Assembly: GCA_001600815.1 (NCBI GenBank)
Contig: BCKZ01000017.1
Location: forward strand, 160,390-218,147
Direction of reading: 5' to 3'
Origin: Alloascoidea hylecoeti
Lineage: Eukaryota
Length of the DNA stretch: 57,758 nt
The position numbers and the translations under genes are program-made. Shown in pieces: positions 1-13,029 of this stretch. How positions within the stretch are numbered: position 1 is the stretch's first letter; each line of letters opens with the position of its first letter. The notes beneath the pieces are model-generated. The model was not told the origin of the DNA, searched no databases, and saw nothing but the letters and a program-made list of their open reading frames with translations.

Positions 1-2
1 AA

Positions 3-1319
3 GAAGCTTATTATAGAACTGGTAGAATTTTAAATATAACTGTATCACCAGCAAGTGTTCATGAAACCCCAAGATTGTTAAATTATTTAACAGCTCCTGA
101 TGTTTTAATTTGGTCTGCTGTTTGTGCTTCTTGTTCATTACCTGGTGTATTTGAGTCTTCAATAATTTGGGAAAAAAATGCAACAACCGATGTATTAAGT
201 GAATGGAATCATGAATCTGTCAAATTTGTTGATGGTTCTGTTGATAATGATTTACCAATAACAAGAATTTCTGAAATGTTTAATGTTAATTATACGATTG
301 CTTGTCAAGTTAATCCTCATATTGTTCCATTTTTAAAAATGTCTGTACAATGTGTTGGTGGTGAAGAAGAATATGAATATTCTGCAAAATTAAAAAATTT
401 AATGAGTAAAATTTATGAATTATCATCAACTGAAATAATTCATATATTAGAAATGTTTTCAAATTTTAGTTATTTTAATAATTTTCAACAAAATATAATT
501 TTAAAATTAAAATCAATGTTAATTCAAAATTATAGTGGTGATATAACAATTTTACCAAATATGAATTCAATTTTAATTGAATTTGATAAATTATTAGCAA
601 ATCCTGATCCTGAATTTTTAATGAATTCAACTATACGTGGTGCAAGAGCAACATGGCCAAAAATTGGTTTAATTAGAAATCATTGTGCTATTGAATTAGC
701 TTTGGATAGATCAATTACAATTCTTAGAACAAGAATGATTTCAAATAATACAAAATTATCAAAATCAATTTCAATCTATAAAACTCCAAAATTAAAATCA
801 TCATCTAAAAATTTACAAAGAAATGTAGCTATTAATGTTAATTCAAATGATGAAGATTTGGAATCATTAAGTAATATTTATCATAATGATAATGAGAGAA
901 AAAGACATTCAATAAATTTATCAAGTTTATCATTAAATACAAGAAAATCAATTCATGAATTCAATTTTAATGATGAACAACAACAAAATAATTATAATGA
1001 AACTGATGTTGATAATTGTTCAGAATCAGTTAAACCAATACGCTTGGTAAGAAGTCATAGTTCAACACTTTTTAAAACTTATAAATCTAAAAATGGTTCA
1101 AATTCAAGCTTAAATTTAAATAACCTAAAGAAAATCAACAAAAATAATAAACAAAGTAATACTAGAATGAAAAGATCAAAATCAAATCTTGAACAACATG
1201 AATTCATGTATAATTACAATAATGATGACAATACTAATAAATACAACACCAATATAAAAATTTTAAAACCCAACAATTATAAAAGACAACCAACAATATC
1301 AATATCAATTGGTAATTAA
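3..1319 (+). CDS. TGL4: Patatin-family triacylglycerol lipase (Tgl4/Tgl5-like), 5'-partial
   Basis: Frame is open from base 3 (EAYYRTGRILNITVSPASVHETPRLLNYLTAPDVLIWSAVCASCSLPG) and contains FVDGSVDNDLP and GARATWPK, typical of Tgl4/5. The gene starts upstream of the window. Confidence 0.9.
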   Translation, partial: EAYYRTGRILNITVSPASVHETPRLLNYLTAPDVLIWSAVCASCSLPGVFESSIIWEKNATTDVLSEWNHESVKFVDGSVDNDLPITRISEMFNVNYTIACQVNPHIVPFLKMSVQCVGGEEEYEYSAKLKNLMSKIYELSSTEIIHILEMFSNFSYFNNFQQNIILKLKSMLIQNYSGDITILPNMNSILIEFDKLLANPDPEFLMNSTIRGARATWPKIGLIRNHCAIELALDRSITILRTRMISNNTKLSKSISIYKTPKLKSSSKNLQRNVAINVNSNDEDLESLSNIYHNDNERKRHSINLSSLSLNTRKSIHEFNFNDEQQQNNYNETDVDNCSESVKPIRLVRSHSSTLFKTYKSKNGSNSSLNLNNLKKINKNNKQSNTRMKRSKSNLEQHEFMYNYNNDDNTNKYNTNIKILKPNNYKRQPTISISIGN

Positions 1320-1371
1320 TTGAACTTAAATGTTCAACATTAAAATCAAAATATCACTATAGCTATGATTG

Positions 1372-1390
1372 CTACTACTACTACTATTAT

Positions 1391-1428
<38 letters not shown>
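1372..1428. repeat. (CTA)n microsatellite downstream of the lipase gene
   Basis: Near-perfect CTA run with a short TTA interruption. Confidence 0.9.
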
Positions 1429-1922
1429 ATACAACTGATTTTAATTAATAATTTATATTATCAATTTAAAGATTTGATAAATTAAAACGTTACGAATAGC
1501 ATAAAAACATAAAAGCATACTAACACAATGGCATAAAGACAAAAGAAAATAAAATGAATTTTTTTATATAATGATAAAAAGGAAAGAGGGTTATAATTAA
1601 TCAGTTATAATAAAAAAAGGGAATGAAATATATGCCAACATAAACATTAAAAAGATAAAATAACTAGGTGTAGCATTAATTTTAACAAAAACAAAAATGT
1701 ATGATATATATTTTTCATGATATTACACATTACCATTAATATTCACCTGTTGAGATAATTATCTCGAAATTAGGGTTGAATACAATTAATTTTCTATATG
1801 GCTATAGCTAATTATGGTAGTCTTGATCGAAATAATGTGATCACATGATCTGTTACCCTGCCTTAGACATCTTATTAAATTTCAAAATAGTGGTGAATTA
1901 TAAGATTATAGATTTAAAAATA

Positions 1923-2458
1923 ATGTCATCACTAGGTTCTCAATCACAAAGCCGGAAAGAACGATTAGCACAACTTCGATCATTAAAACGGAAAAATGAA
2001 AATAGCGATAAAGATGATGTTAGGATTCAACAAGAAGCAAAAAGTGAAAGGTGAGTAGTTTATGAGACAGAAATAAAATATAAGAATTATGTATACTAAT
2101 TGTAAATAGTCCAATTACGATAAAATCACGAAATTATGACCATACATTAAATGTCCCTAAAACTGGGTTTAATGAAAATCCGACATACCAATTATCAAAT
2201 AGTGAGACGGTTGAAGTAGTTGGTAAAGAACTCGAAGAATCAACATTGAATAAATTAAAGGAACAAATCCCAACATCGATAAATTCCGATGAGTTTCAAC
2301 TGGAAATTAATAACCTGAAACCGAAAAAGGCCAACTGGGATTTGAAAAGAGATCTTGAAGGGCAGCTGGAAATTTTGGAACAGAGGACAGATGAAGCCAT
2401 ATACAAACTGGTGAAGGAACGACTGCAACAAAAAAGTAGAGAACAAGGTGTAGCTTAG
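1923..2458 (+). CDS. cwf18: Splicing factor Cwf18/CCDC12; exons 1923-2050 and 2110-2458
   Basis: MSSLGSQSQSRKERLAQLRSLKRK, then intron GTGAGT(2051)..TACTAAT..TAG(2109). Splicing joins in frame to IKSRNYD...LKPKKANWDLKRDL...LEQRTDEAIYKLVKERL, the Cwf18 family signature. Confidence 0.88.
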
Positions 2459-2594
2459 GTAATATACTGGTCATCCTGTAAACACGGCGTAGAAACTATC
2501 ACGTGTAAGCGTAACATTCAGCACGGGTGTAGTTCCCGTGGCCCGCTCAACGTCGGCAACTTTGCAAGTTTCGAAACCTCCATCCAAATCGAAA

Positions 2595-3728
2595 ATGAGC
2601 TCAAGACTTATTGCTTCTCGTTCATTGCAGGGTACGTTATTTGCCTTGGAAGCAGCTTCTTCGGGGAGATTTATTTCAATTGCTGACTGTTACTGCTTTT
2701 TTTGTTATTAGCACTTCGCCCATCTGTTAGAATCGGAATTCAAGCATTACCGTAAGTCTTTCCATGAAAACTTTCCATGATTTTTCAACACACACCTTTT
2801 CATTGATCGATAATTATATTCAACGGGAATATATCTTGCTTATACAACTATTTTTCCTTTTTGATGTTTGTGGTGTTCCCAGAATATGCGTGAAATATTA
2901 AATTCCGGGTTGTGTCTAACCATAGCTGTATTTGCTGATCACTGATTGGACCTCTACACCAATATTCAACACTTTCCTTCAACTGACTTTTTAATCTTTT
3001 ATGAAGTTGTAGATGGAAACTCTGTTGCATATTAAGTGTATATGGAGCTCTAATTATTGATCAATCTTATACAAATGCCTTGTTAATCTAGATCTTGTAC
3101 CCGTTTTCTTTCAACAACCCCAGAAGAACCAAAAGCCAAAGCTGCTTCAATCATTGATGCTATCCCAGGCTCAAACCTCATTTCAAAGACCGGTATCCTC
3201 GCAACTTCAACTGCTGCTGCCGTCTATGCCATCAGCAACGAATTATATGTTGTAAATGAAGAATCAATTTTACTAGTCTGTTTTGGTCTTTTATCATACG
3301 GAATTGCTAAACTTGTTGCTCCAGGTATCACAGAAGCTGGTGATGCTAAAGTTAATGAAATTTCATCAATTTTAAACTCATCCCGTACTAAACACGTTGC
3401 TGCTGTTCAAGACCGTATCAATTCCGTTTCTCAATTGAAAGATGTTACAAAAACAACATCTGTTCTTTTTGAAATTTCAAAAGAAACTGCTCATTTAGAA
3501 GCTGAAGCTTTTGAATTAAAACAAAAAGTTGATATTGCTGCTGAAGCTAAAGCTGTTTTAGATTCATGGGTCAGATATGAAGCTTCTGTTAGACAAAGAG
3601 AACAAAAACAATTAGCTGAAGCCATTATTGCTAAAGTTAATAAAGAGGTTGTCAATCCTGACTTTCAACAAAAACTTTTGAGACAATCTGTTGATAATAT
3701 TGAAAAAATCTTCTCAAAGGCTAAATAA
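2595..3728 (+). CDS. ATP4: Mitochondrial ATP synthase subunit b (4); exons 2595-2631, 2712-2751, 3092-3728
   Basis: Introns GTACGT(2632)..TAG(2711) and GTAAGT(2752)..TAG(3091). Spliced product has an Arg/Ser-rich presequence MSSRLIASRSLQALRPSVRIGIQALPSCTRFLST followed by PKAKAASIIDAIPG...ISKTGIL...LDSWVRYEASVRQREQ. Confidence 0.92.
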
Positions 3729-5257
3729 ATAAATTTGCAATGAAGTTGAATTAATAATGGGAAAAGAATATAAAAGAAAATTGAAAGGAATGTTTATTGT
3801 TAGTTATTCCAACAATTTGTAGTACAGATTTAAATTTTTTCATAGAAATAAACAATTGAATACATCATTATTAATCGTACAAGTAGGTAGTAAAGCAGTT
3901 GTAATAGTTCTTGATTATATAATATTAACAAGTATTTTATCATATCAATTAAGCTATACACAAGTGAATTATAACTTATAATGAAAATGAGAATTCATGG
4001 TCATAATTGTACTCTATTCGTTACCTTGTATCTAAGCTTACAGCTGATATAACTCTATAGGCCTATAGATATAATATCTTATAGCTAAAATGGTTCCTAT
4101 CGTAGTTTATAATCTTCTATTGGTCAATAATATTTAGGTCCTCAACAAAATTACAAATTGTCTTCGAATTCTCATCAAATTTAACCCATTCAGTTCTACT
4201 CACTAAAAAATCAATTTATGTTCCTCCACTCGATATACCGTACATGTATACTTAATTATTAATTAATTTATAACTAAATTATAATCACGAATTCCAAATT
4301 TCATCTTTTTGAGATACAAATTTAGCCAGTTTTGAAATGTATGGTATGTATAATTAGCACTCATAATAATGATCAATCGCAAATAAGTTGTTATATGGGA
4401 AAATATTTCTTCTTTTTACTTCACTCTTGCAGACAAAATATGGAGTAAAATACTTATTATCCTATATATTATTAGTTGGAAATGAAAATTGTCGAGAAAA
4501 ATGATTCTTTGTTGAATAGTCTGGGCTTTATCAACATCCTGAAGGAACATAAAAAAAAAGGATTTTGTTTATTTTTATTTATTGGAATACAATTTAACAT
4601 CCGAATATATTCTCGTAGATGCTATCATAGTCGGCGCTTATAACGGTGTATGCATTATATTAGGACGAACAGTAAGCTTACACTTCACAATTTATGTTAA
4701 ACCCCAATAGTTTCGAATTTACCTTAGCAAATAAATCTTCAATCTGTATGGCGTTTGTAACTATTATTCATGGGGGCCGTCGCAAATTCGCCTTTTATTT
4801 GGTGAGGTTTTTATCATCATTTTCTTTTTTAACTTCACTCAATCTTATTTTGCTGAATCTTGGCCAAAACTAGCATTAGTAATTTAAATTTCAAAGAAAA
4901 TGAAATCATATATACCCTTAACCCTTTCTGTTAACGAGAAGACCTCAATAAAAGTCTTCTACAATAGTGTTATTGCATCCTTGGCATATCATTCTAATAT
5001 GATTTTAGAATTTCTATTCGAAGATTGAAACCATCTCCCAAACCCGTTAAAGAATGTTGTAATGGTGATCGTGGTGGAGGTTTAGAAGTTAGTATTAGGT
5101 AAAAAAAAATTGCCTTTTTCTTTGTTCACTTTCATATTAAAATATTTCCCATTATTTTCTTCTTAAGTATCTGATGGTTTGTCAATAAAATCATCTGCAA
5201 ACAATTTCGAGGAACATTGGAACTTACAATTGTGTTCTCTTCAATCTCCTTTTACAA

Positions 5258-5340
5258 CGTCATTGCTGGAATTTCAACAAGTATCACGAAGAAAGAGTAG
5301 GAAATTTCTTGTGTTTAACCTCCATTAATGTCAAAATGTT
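5258..5340 (-). mobile_element. Possible degenerate hAT transposase C-terminal (dimerisation) fragment
   Basis: Minus strand reads NILTLMEVKHKKFPTLSS*YLL, then EIPAM in a shifted frame. This resembles the hAT motif DILxWWxxxxxxFPxLSxxARDYLxIPA. Short and broken. Confidence 0.3.
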
Positions 5341-5848
5341 GACAAGGGCAACCGCTGTATATTTACTAAAGTTATTTGTGACCTTGTAAAAATATCTAGT
5401 ATTTTTGGTTTAAAGTCTAAGTATTCTAAGATTCCTTTTAGAAATTTATAACTTACTAAATCGAAGTCGTTAGATCTATTTTACAGATTGCAGCAACTAT
5501 CATTTCCACTGTCAAGATCAGTACTAAATCAGCATCAGTTTTTATACCTGATTGAGTTAAGGGAAATACGATTCTTAATCACTAAAAACCTCCTTGAGAC
5601 ACGAGATTTAACTTTTTTTTTACTTAATAATATCTGATAAGGAACAAATTCGTATTTTAGAAAGTATCTTCTTTTATTTGTATTCAAAAAAATTATTATT
5701 TTTCTCCCTCTTCACCATTTTCATAATTATCTCCTTGTTTGTTCAAGATTTACACATTATCACTAAATCTTCTATGAACTCAGATATATATTCAACCACT
5801 GGGCCACGGAGAACCCAATTGAAAAAATTGGTGAAATTATAAAAATAA

Positions 5849-5922
5849 CGACCTCGGAGAGGATTGAACTCTCGATCTTGCGATTAACAGTCGCACGCCT
5901 TAACCAGCTTGGCCACGAAGTC
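5849..5922 (-). tRNA. tRNA-Asn(GTT)
   Basis: Reverse complement GACTTCGTGGCCAAGCTGGTTAAGGCGTGCGACTGTTAATCGCAAGATCGAGAGTTCAATCCTCTCCGAGGTCG folds as a cloverleaf with anticodon GTT, close to yeast tRNA-Asn. A T-rich terminator follows. Confidence 0.97.
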
Positions 5923-7974
5923 TCTTGCATGTGAAATATTTCTATTCGGGTCTTTTCTTTAATTTCCCATTTACCCGAAAACTAGCTATATAATTTATTT
6001 AATTGTGTATGAAAAGTTAAAAAAAAAACTAAAGTGCTTACGGTGAAAACATCTGGGGAGGGGGGGGGTTAGTGGGTATTTTCCGGGATCTTGGATTTAT
6101 CCAGAAGAACCGAGTCTATACACTGTTATCTTACTAATGTAAGACTTCGTCCCTGAATAGGATTTCTTCCCAACTGACTACCTATAAAGTTAAAAACAAT
6201 TTACTGCATAAATCTTACTTTATCCACTGTATGCATATGTACATGTTTTGATATTTCCTCATAGCGTATTTGGTATAGATGCATGCATACTCTCGAGGCA
6301 TAAAAGTAATAATAGGCCTGGTTTCTGTATTAATATTGATTTCCTCAATATATATTAAAAGATATCATTTAATTATAACATTAAGTGAACTAATATTAAG
6401 TACTTATCACATAAGTAGAAATTATGCGTGTCAAAAAAGTAGGGAATAGTTAGAACTTTGTAAAAGGGAAAGAAATAACACTACTAAGAACCCAAGTGAA
6501 CACCATACCGAAAAAAAGTGGGGGTTTTATTATTTTGTTTTTAATTATATTTTTTACTATATAGTAACAAAAATTCCCAATAATGATGATAGTATTTATT
6601 CAGGAGCTTATATAAATTATATAACGCGAGGTGTCTGTCACAGAATGTAATGGAGAGCAAAATAATTTTTAGTTGACTAAATAATGAATAAGATGAAGTC
6701 GTTTTATCTCACATGATAAAATTAAGTTAGAGCAACAAAATGGATCATTTTTGTGTGTGAGACACAAAGAATGTTGTCTACTTTTACCGATCTGGTAACC
6801 ATGCCTGAATTAGTTCCCTCTCTTTCTTCCCATTATAAAATTGTTATCTCAATAGCAAATTTGGTAATGAAACTAAACATTTTATTTTATCATTGAACGA
6901 CTGAAGAGAATTTCAAAGGAGCTAATTAGCAATTAAACACGTCGACTAAAAGTACAAGAATAGCGTGTGAGTCGCCAGCTGGAGTTAGGAAGAAAAGTTT
7001 AAGCTTATAATTAAGTCTGATTAATTTTATATCTGGTTATCGATCTGACTTTTTTTGAACAAAAGATACACTTATTTTAGAGTAGACTTTATTTAATCTT
7101 TTCCACTCTCATGACCATATATAGGTATAAATTTATGACTGAAAAATGAGCATTCGAAAGTTCTTCAACATAGCCACTGGCCAGTGATCGAGGTAAGCTT
7201 GTGCTCGTGGACTTGACCATGATGAATATTTCAGAGGAATAACCATGGAAATAGCATGGATTAAAAAAATCAAACATTTAAATTTACAATTACGTATACC
7301 AAATTATTACCGATCAGTTTACGACGGAAATAGCTAAAGGATATAGATAAACAATTTTTATAGCAATAGATATTTAAGGAATTGGATTGATATTTATATA
7401 ATTATCGGAGATGTGAATAAATGAATTGCCGATATACATACATTAATAGAATTATTCCAGGAAGACATTTTTCGACTTGTGATTTTTATTTATACAATCA
7501 TAGTTTGTAGCTGCCATTTACCAGTTATAACATTACTACGTATATTAATGTCAATAATACACAAATGGAAGCAGTAGGCATATTTTAGAGACTTAAACTT
7601 TAAGTAGTAGCCAATGAGCTTGAGTAGCATTAAGTACTATAGCTGGTTGGTCCTACTATTTATAATGATATTATTGATATAACATCATATTAACATTTAC
7701 ACCGTTGGTTCGTAATAACTTCGTATTAGTGTTCTAGATCAAAAATTCTAAACTCTAGCTAGACCTAGTGACTGCCACACAAGCCCGAGTTCATTGTTGT
7801 TCTCGTGCATCCAGGGTTACACTATTATTCATTTATATCTCTATATTTAGAAATGCATTCATGCATCCCATATATTCTGTAGCATAATCTTAATTATCTT
7901 CCATATAAATCTAACCAATTATCCTTTTACTTGACTTATTAACCTCTATAAATATTTACGTTCATATATTTAAG

Positions 7975-8877
7975 ATGCTTTTCCAATCATTGACTTCCCT
8001 TTTGGCGCTTGCCGTCTCTATTCAGGCTTCTCCAATTCGTGTAATCAGAGATGTCGATATTCCTGATTATGCGAAGGGTTTCTTAGGAACAGTTTATACT
8101 CCTTTTGACCAGAATAAAAACTGCAGAACTGGTGATCAAATTAAGGAAGATATTTCTGCTCTTAAAGATTTCTCTTTGATTCGTCTTTATTCAAATGACT
8201 GTGCTGTTGTTCAATATGCTTTAGAAGCAATGGATGTGTCTAAACAAAAGTTGATTGTCGCTCTTAATGATATTTCATCAAAGGATGCCTTACAAACAGA
8301 TATTAACTCTATTGCTACTAGCTGTGGTCTTTCTGGCCATGAATTTAATGATGTTGTCGATACAGTTGTTGTCGGTAATGAATTAGTTTACAATGGTTGG
8401 GCTACAGCCACTGAAGTTGGTACATACATTCAGCAAGTCAGAGAAATCTTAAGTGCTTTCCCTGGTAAGATCATTACTGTTGATACTGTTTCAGCTTTTT
8501 ACGGAAATCCAGAACTTTGTGAATATGTTGACTACATTGGTACAAACTCACATCCTTACTATGATAGTTCAACTGCTGAGGATGCCGGTGACTATGTTCT
8601 CAGCCATATTCAAGCTGTTTGGGCTTTCTGCAATGAACATGGATATGCTAAAGATGTTCGTGTTATGGAAACTGGCTGGCCATGGTCTGGTGATGTGTTC
8701 AACCAAAAAGGTGTACCTGGTGTTGCTGAGCAAGTAACTGCCCTTAAATCAATTAATGAAAAAGCTGGTTCTGCCTCAATTGTCTTTTCTGCTTATAATG
8801 AATTATGGAAAGATGAAGGAGTGTATAAGGTTGAAAGAAGTTTTGGTATTTTGGGTAACGCTCCATCACTTGCCTGA
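7975..8877 (+). CDS. Secreted GH17 beta-1,3-glucanase/transglucosylase (Scw4/Scw10/Mp65-like), copy 1
   Basis: Signal peptide, IRLYSNDC, VVVGNE (acid/base Glu) and VMETGWP (nucleophile Glu), C-terminal VERSFGI; 300 aa. Confidence 0.92.
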   Translation: MLFQSLTSLLALAVSIQASPIRVIRDVDIPDYAKGFLGTVYTPFDQNKNCRTGDQIKEDISALKDFSLIRLYSNDCAVVQYALEAMDVSKQKLIVALNDISSKDALQTDINSIATSCGLSGHEFNDVVDTVVVGNELVYNGWATATEVGTYIQQVREILSAFPGKIITVDTVSAFYGNPELCEYVDYIGTNSHPYYDSSTAEDAGDYVLSHIQAVWAFCNEHGYAKDVRVMETGWPWSGDVFNQKGVPGVAEQVTALKSINEKAGSASIVFSAYNELWKDEGVYKVERSFGILGNAPSLA

Positions 8878-11800
8878 ATGTATATATACACTGTGATGAT
8901 TGAATTATGGATTATTTCATCATTTGGAATTTTCTTCAAAAATAAAAGGTAATGATCATGCTAGTTGAATTGCTATATTTTATATTTGGCATTTTGCATA
9001 CGAAAGATGAGTTATGTTGAAGTTAGTATTTCTCCTTTTGGCAATTAATCATAGATATATATTTTGGTTCTTATTATAACTATTTATTTTCATCTTTTAT
9101 AAAACATATATGGGTCAATTCATTTTAAAAAAGTTTCATTTTTCATACTTAAGTTTAATAGTAATGCTAATATTGTAAGCTTGGGTTCTAATTGGTTCCA
9201 AGCATGCAAATTTTACAAATTATAATTGAATATGGTCAAAATTTAAAATGTAAAAAATATAGAAAATCTTGAAGCTAAATATGATTACAATTGTGTAAAA
9301 GAGGAACCGGACAGTGTAAATTAAACGAACATGAAAAAGATCTAGATAAAGGAGATCTAGTAGCATATTTAAATGGGGCTATAACATATCGGTAAGCTAT
9401 GCTTATTACTTAAGTAAGACAATAATTAATAAATAATAAATCTAACTGAGTAAAGACGTAAAATATTTTTTTGAATTGGGTCTTCACGACCTATAAGGAA
9501 TTTAAATATAGCGTGACTTCAACGGTTTAACTTATTCAAACTAGAGAAAACAATTCGTTTTGTATGATGGGAGTAGATTCTTGTTCTATAGCCGGGCATC
9601 GATCAAGCTTGCATTTCTTTTCAGACACCATTTCAAAAAAATTGATATTATAACCGCTCTACAAGACCTTAAACTGTTCTTAAGATAGTTCATATTACTT
9701 CAGAATATTCCGTAGATGCTAGAACTTTTATATGCCACTCTACGTAGTCGGAGTCAATCATATTATCAATATAATGATACAGGTATACCGATCCATGAGG
9801 TCTTAATATTTTGAAAAAGACTCAAAAAATAGATATCTCTTCATTTCTACACCATGTGAAAGGCTCACAATGACAATTATTGCCTTGTGATAAGCTTTTT
9901 CGAGGAGATCACACATGTGCCCAATTGGATCCAACACCTCTTTCTGTTTCTCAGGAGACCAATTCATCATAATTCCACTTTTATAGATTGATGTGTTACC
10001 CTGAATTAATATAGCACACTCATGAATCTCATCAAAGGCTTGTTACAAAGGTTTTATGAGGGAACGTGCAGTGATTCTATTTTGTGATCTGCATATTAGG
10101 ATCCCAACCACTAGCTACGCGTATACTCTATATGGTGAAGTATGAAGTCTCCTTTCCAATCTTCATTTCATACCATAACACTTACAAACCCAAAACTTTT
10201 TATATTATAAATATTTTGAGGTTCAAAGACATGCCATGACTGTTTTCGAACATTTACTTTTCGTGTGTGCATTTTATATTTATGTATTTTCGGAAGGATT
10301 CTTGCTACTTTAGGTGGTTTTTGATATATCAGCGTTTAACTTCGAAGCTATATCATCAAAAGTATTCAAAGGGGAAGCTTTACAACCCCTAGAATTTGAT
10401 TTATTGCCATTTTAGAAGGTGTTTTAGGCTCTTTTGTTAGAGGAGGCGTTTACAACAGAAGAGTTGTTCGTATATATTTCTTTACAGTGAATCCCAGAGT
10501 TTCGAAAGGTTAGTATGATTTCTTCTGCCTATTTCAGAAGTTGGAAAGCCATGCTTACTCAGATTACATATCTCAATCCGCTTAGATGGTTGAAATTTCC
10601 TTTGAGAGTTTTAATTACCTGAAATCTCGCTTAACGGAATTCTAGAAGTCTGTCTATGTATGATGAGAGTTTTTTGAGCGGTCTGAAAAAAAGTTCAATC
10701 TAGGCCCAGCCACTGTATTAAGTGCTGTATTAGTGAATTTCTCGGAGTATCCAGTTTATCTATATTAAATATGGTGTTTGCAACTGAAATTACGTAGACT
10801 ACGTCATGAGGAAATATCACAGTATGCATATGCATGCACTCATCTAGATGAAGTACGTATTGTTGCTGTTATGCATGCAAGCGTGACACTATTTGTTATG
10901 GGCCCAAAATCTGAAGGCCTACATGAGACAAAATATTTGACAGAGAATTGCAAAAGTTAATTAGAAACAAAACGCTTTACACTTTACATCGCGTGGGTGT
11001 TGAAATTTATCGGATTTCCCGAAATGCTCATATGCATGTTCAGTGGGACACACCATATAACTTTATGAAAGAGAGGTATTCTCTCGGGAGTCTCCTCTAC
11101 CTTCTACTAATTATCATTATAATTATTTGGTCATCCGAAGACCTAAATGAAGTGAGGATGTAGATCTAAAGCTAGGTAGTAGGTATAGAGATATCGATGA
11201 TGCAGTTTTATACATTTAGCTAATTATGACGTCGACGAATAACTGCAGAAATACTAAATATATACCGGTATAACTTAAGATAAATTAAATACCTAGATTG
11301 GAAGAGAGACTATAATTGATTAATTAATATATGTAAAGGAAACCTTCTCCTATTTATAGATATTTACGGTTATAGTTAGCTGTTTAAGCAGATACCATGG
11401 CTATATTGTACTGGTGTAGAAACTTGTAGTTATTCTTCAATATAACTTAATATAACTTTTCACTTATATTTAAGGAAATATCATCACAATGGTCAAAACA
11501 CATAATTGGAAGCATTTGAATCCTAATTAGCGAAACATTAGCGAAATGTTTCGAAAATAATTGGATCGATTTAAGCGGGTGGGTTAGCCCTTTCTTTTGG
11601 AATAGAAATAATATTAAAAGATTACTTGATGGTTGTAGAGAAATTATTTGCCAATCATGTTTCAAGAACAATAACTAGCGATTAGTCTACAAGTTATATA
11701 GCGATAAATATTAACTGTTTACTTCTAATTTAGCAATTTATATAGTCTGGGAATTAATTAGCAATTTTGGCGATGAAGACACAACTGAAGAGATGAATGG

Positions 11801-13029
11801 TAACAGTATCGGATCTAATGGTATAGTGGTCAATATTGTTTATATTTCACTTTCATCGCCCTAATTAATAGAAGAGTTAGACAGACATCAACTGGAATGA
11901 AAGCCTTGGTTATATAATATAGTCATGCATATATATTTAGATCCTTAGTTTAATACTCCTCAATGATAGAACATTTATTAGAGGAATAGATGCGCATTCT
12001 TAGCTATTGGATTCGGGTATTATAGTCCAGGGTTTCCTTATCCTTAAGCTTTGTCCGTTGAATAGCTCTAGTTTTATTAAAGAACCAAATATCGATATCC
12101 AGTTTAATAAAAATCGGGTTCATTCCTAATGTAACACGTATCTCTTTAATATCCTCACCCCTTCCAGAACTCAATCCATCAATATTGTCCTGGATGTGCA
12201 CATGTGCAGTTAATATTGAGAAAAACAAAAGTTGATTAAAAGGTTTACCGATGCTTCTGAAGTTCCACATATAAGTTTACACAATTGGCCAAGAATATTT
12301 CAAACACTCTAATATGTTTTTTCGAGAATCGTATATGAATATGAAAAGAACTGCTAGCACTGTATACTGTATATATAGCATTATCTATTGAAAATCTAAT
12401 ATATCAAGTATTCAGGTATAGTACTATAGATCTTATATTTAAATGAGGCCTCGAGGATCAAGTTAGTGCTCGAGATATTTATAGATTGGATTAATAATTA
12501 TATAATTACCGGAGACGTGAACAGATTAATTGCCAAGAAATATTAATAGAAAGATTGCAGGAAAACACTTTACGACTGGTGATTTTTAATTAATAAATTA
12601 TATAATCTCAGTTTGCTGCTATACAATTACCACTACGTGTATAGACACGCCTGTTGTGGAAGGATTTGGCACATCTCGGATATAGATCACTGTTTTCTAA
12701 AAGCTGAGAAGTGCAACGAGTTTATTCTGACAGCTATATAGAAATATAAGATGTACCACCGTTGGCTCGTATGAGTGTTCTAGAACCAAGCGCCGGTGCT
12801 ATTAGTACTGCAACTGGAGGTTAGGCGGCGAACCCGCAGTTCCTCTGGGGTCATTTATTTATTTTATTCGCCTATATTTAGAAATGTATGCAGTTATGCA
12901 GCCCGTTTATTCTGCATCGTAATAGCTGATATAATTTTAAATTTATACGATTTTTTCTATATAAACCCATCCAGTTCTCCTTTGTTCACTAACCTCTACA
13001 AACATTTACTGATCGTTAATATATTAGAG

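Noticed and set aside
12796..13029. 78-aa N-terminal extension of GH17 copy 2 in the ORF track
   Set aside because: Non-ATG start; the region aligns with the non-coding promoter of copy 1, and the signal peptide begins at ATG 13030.
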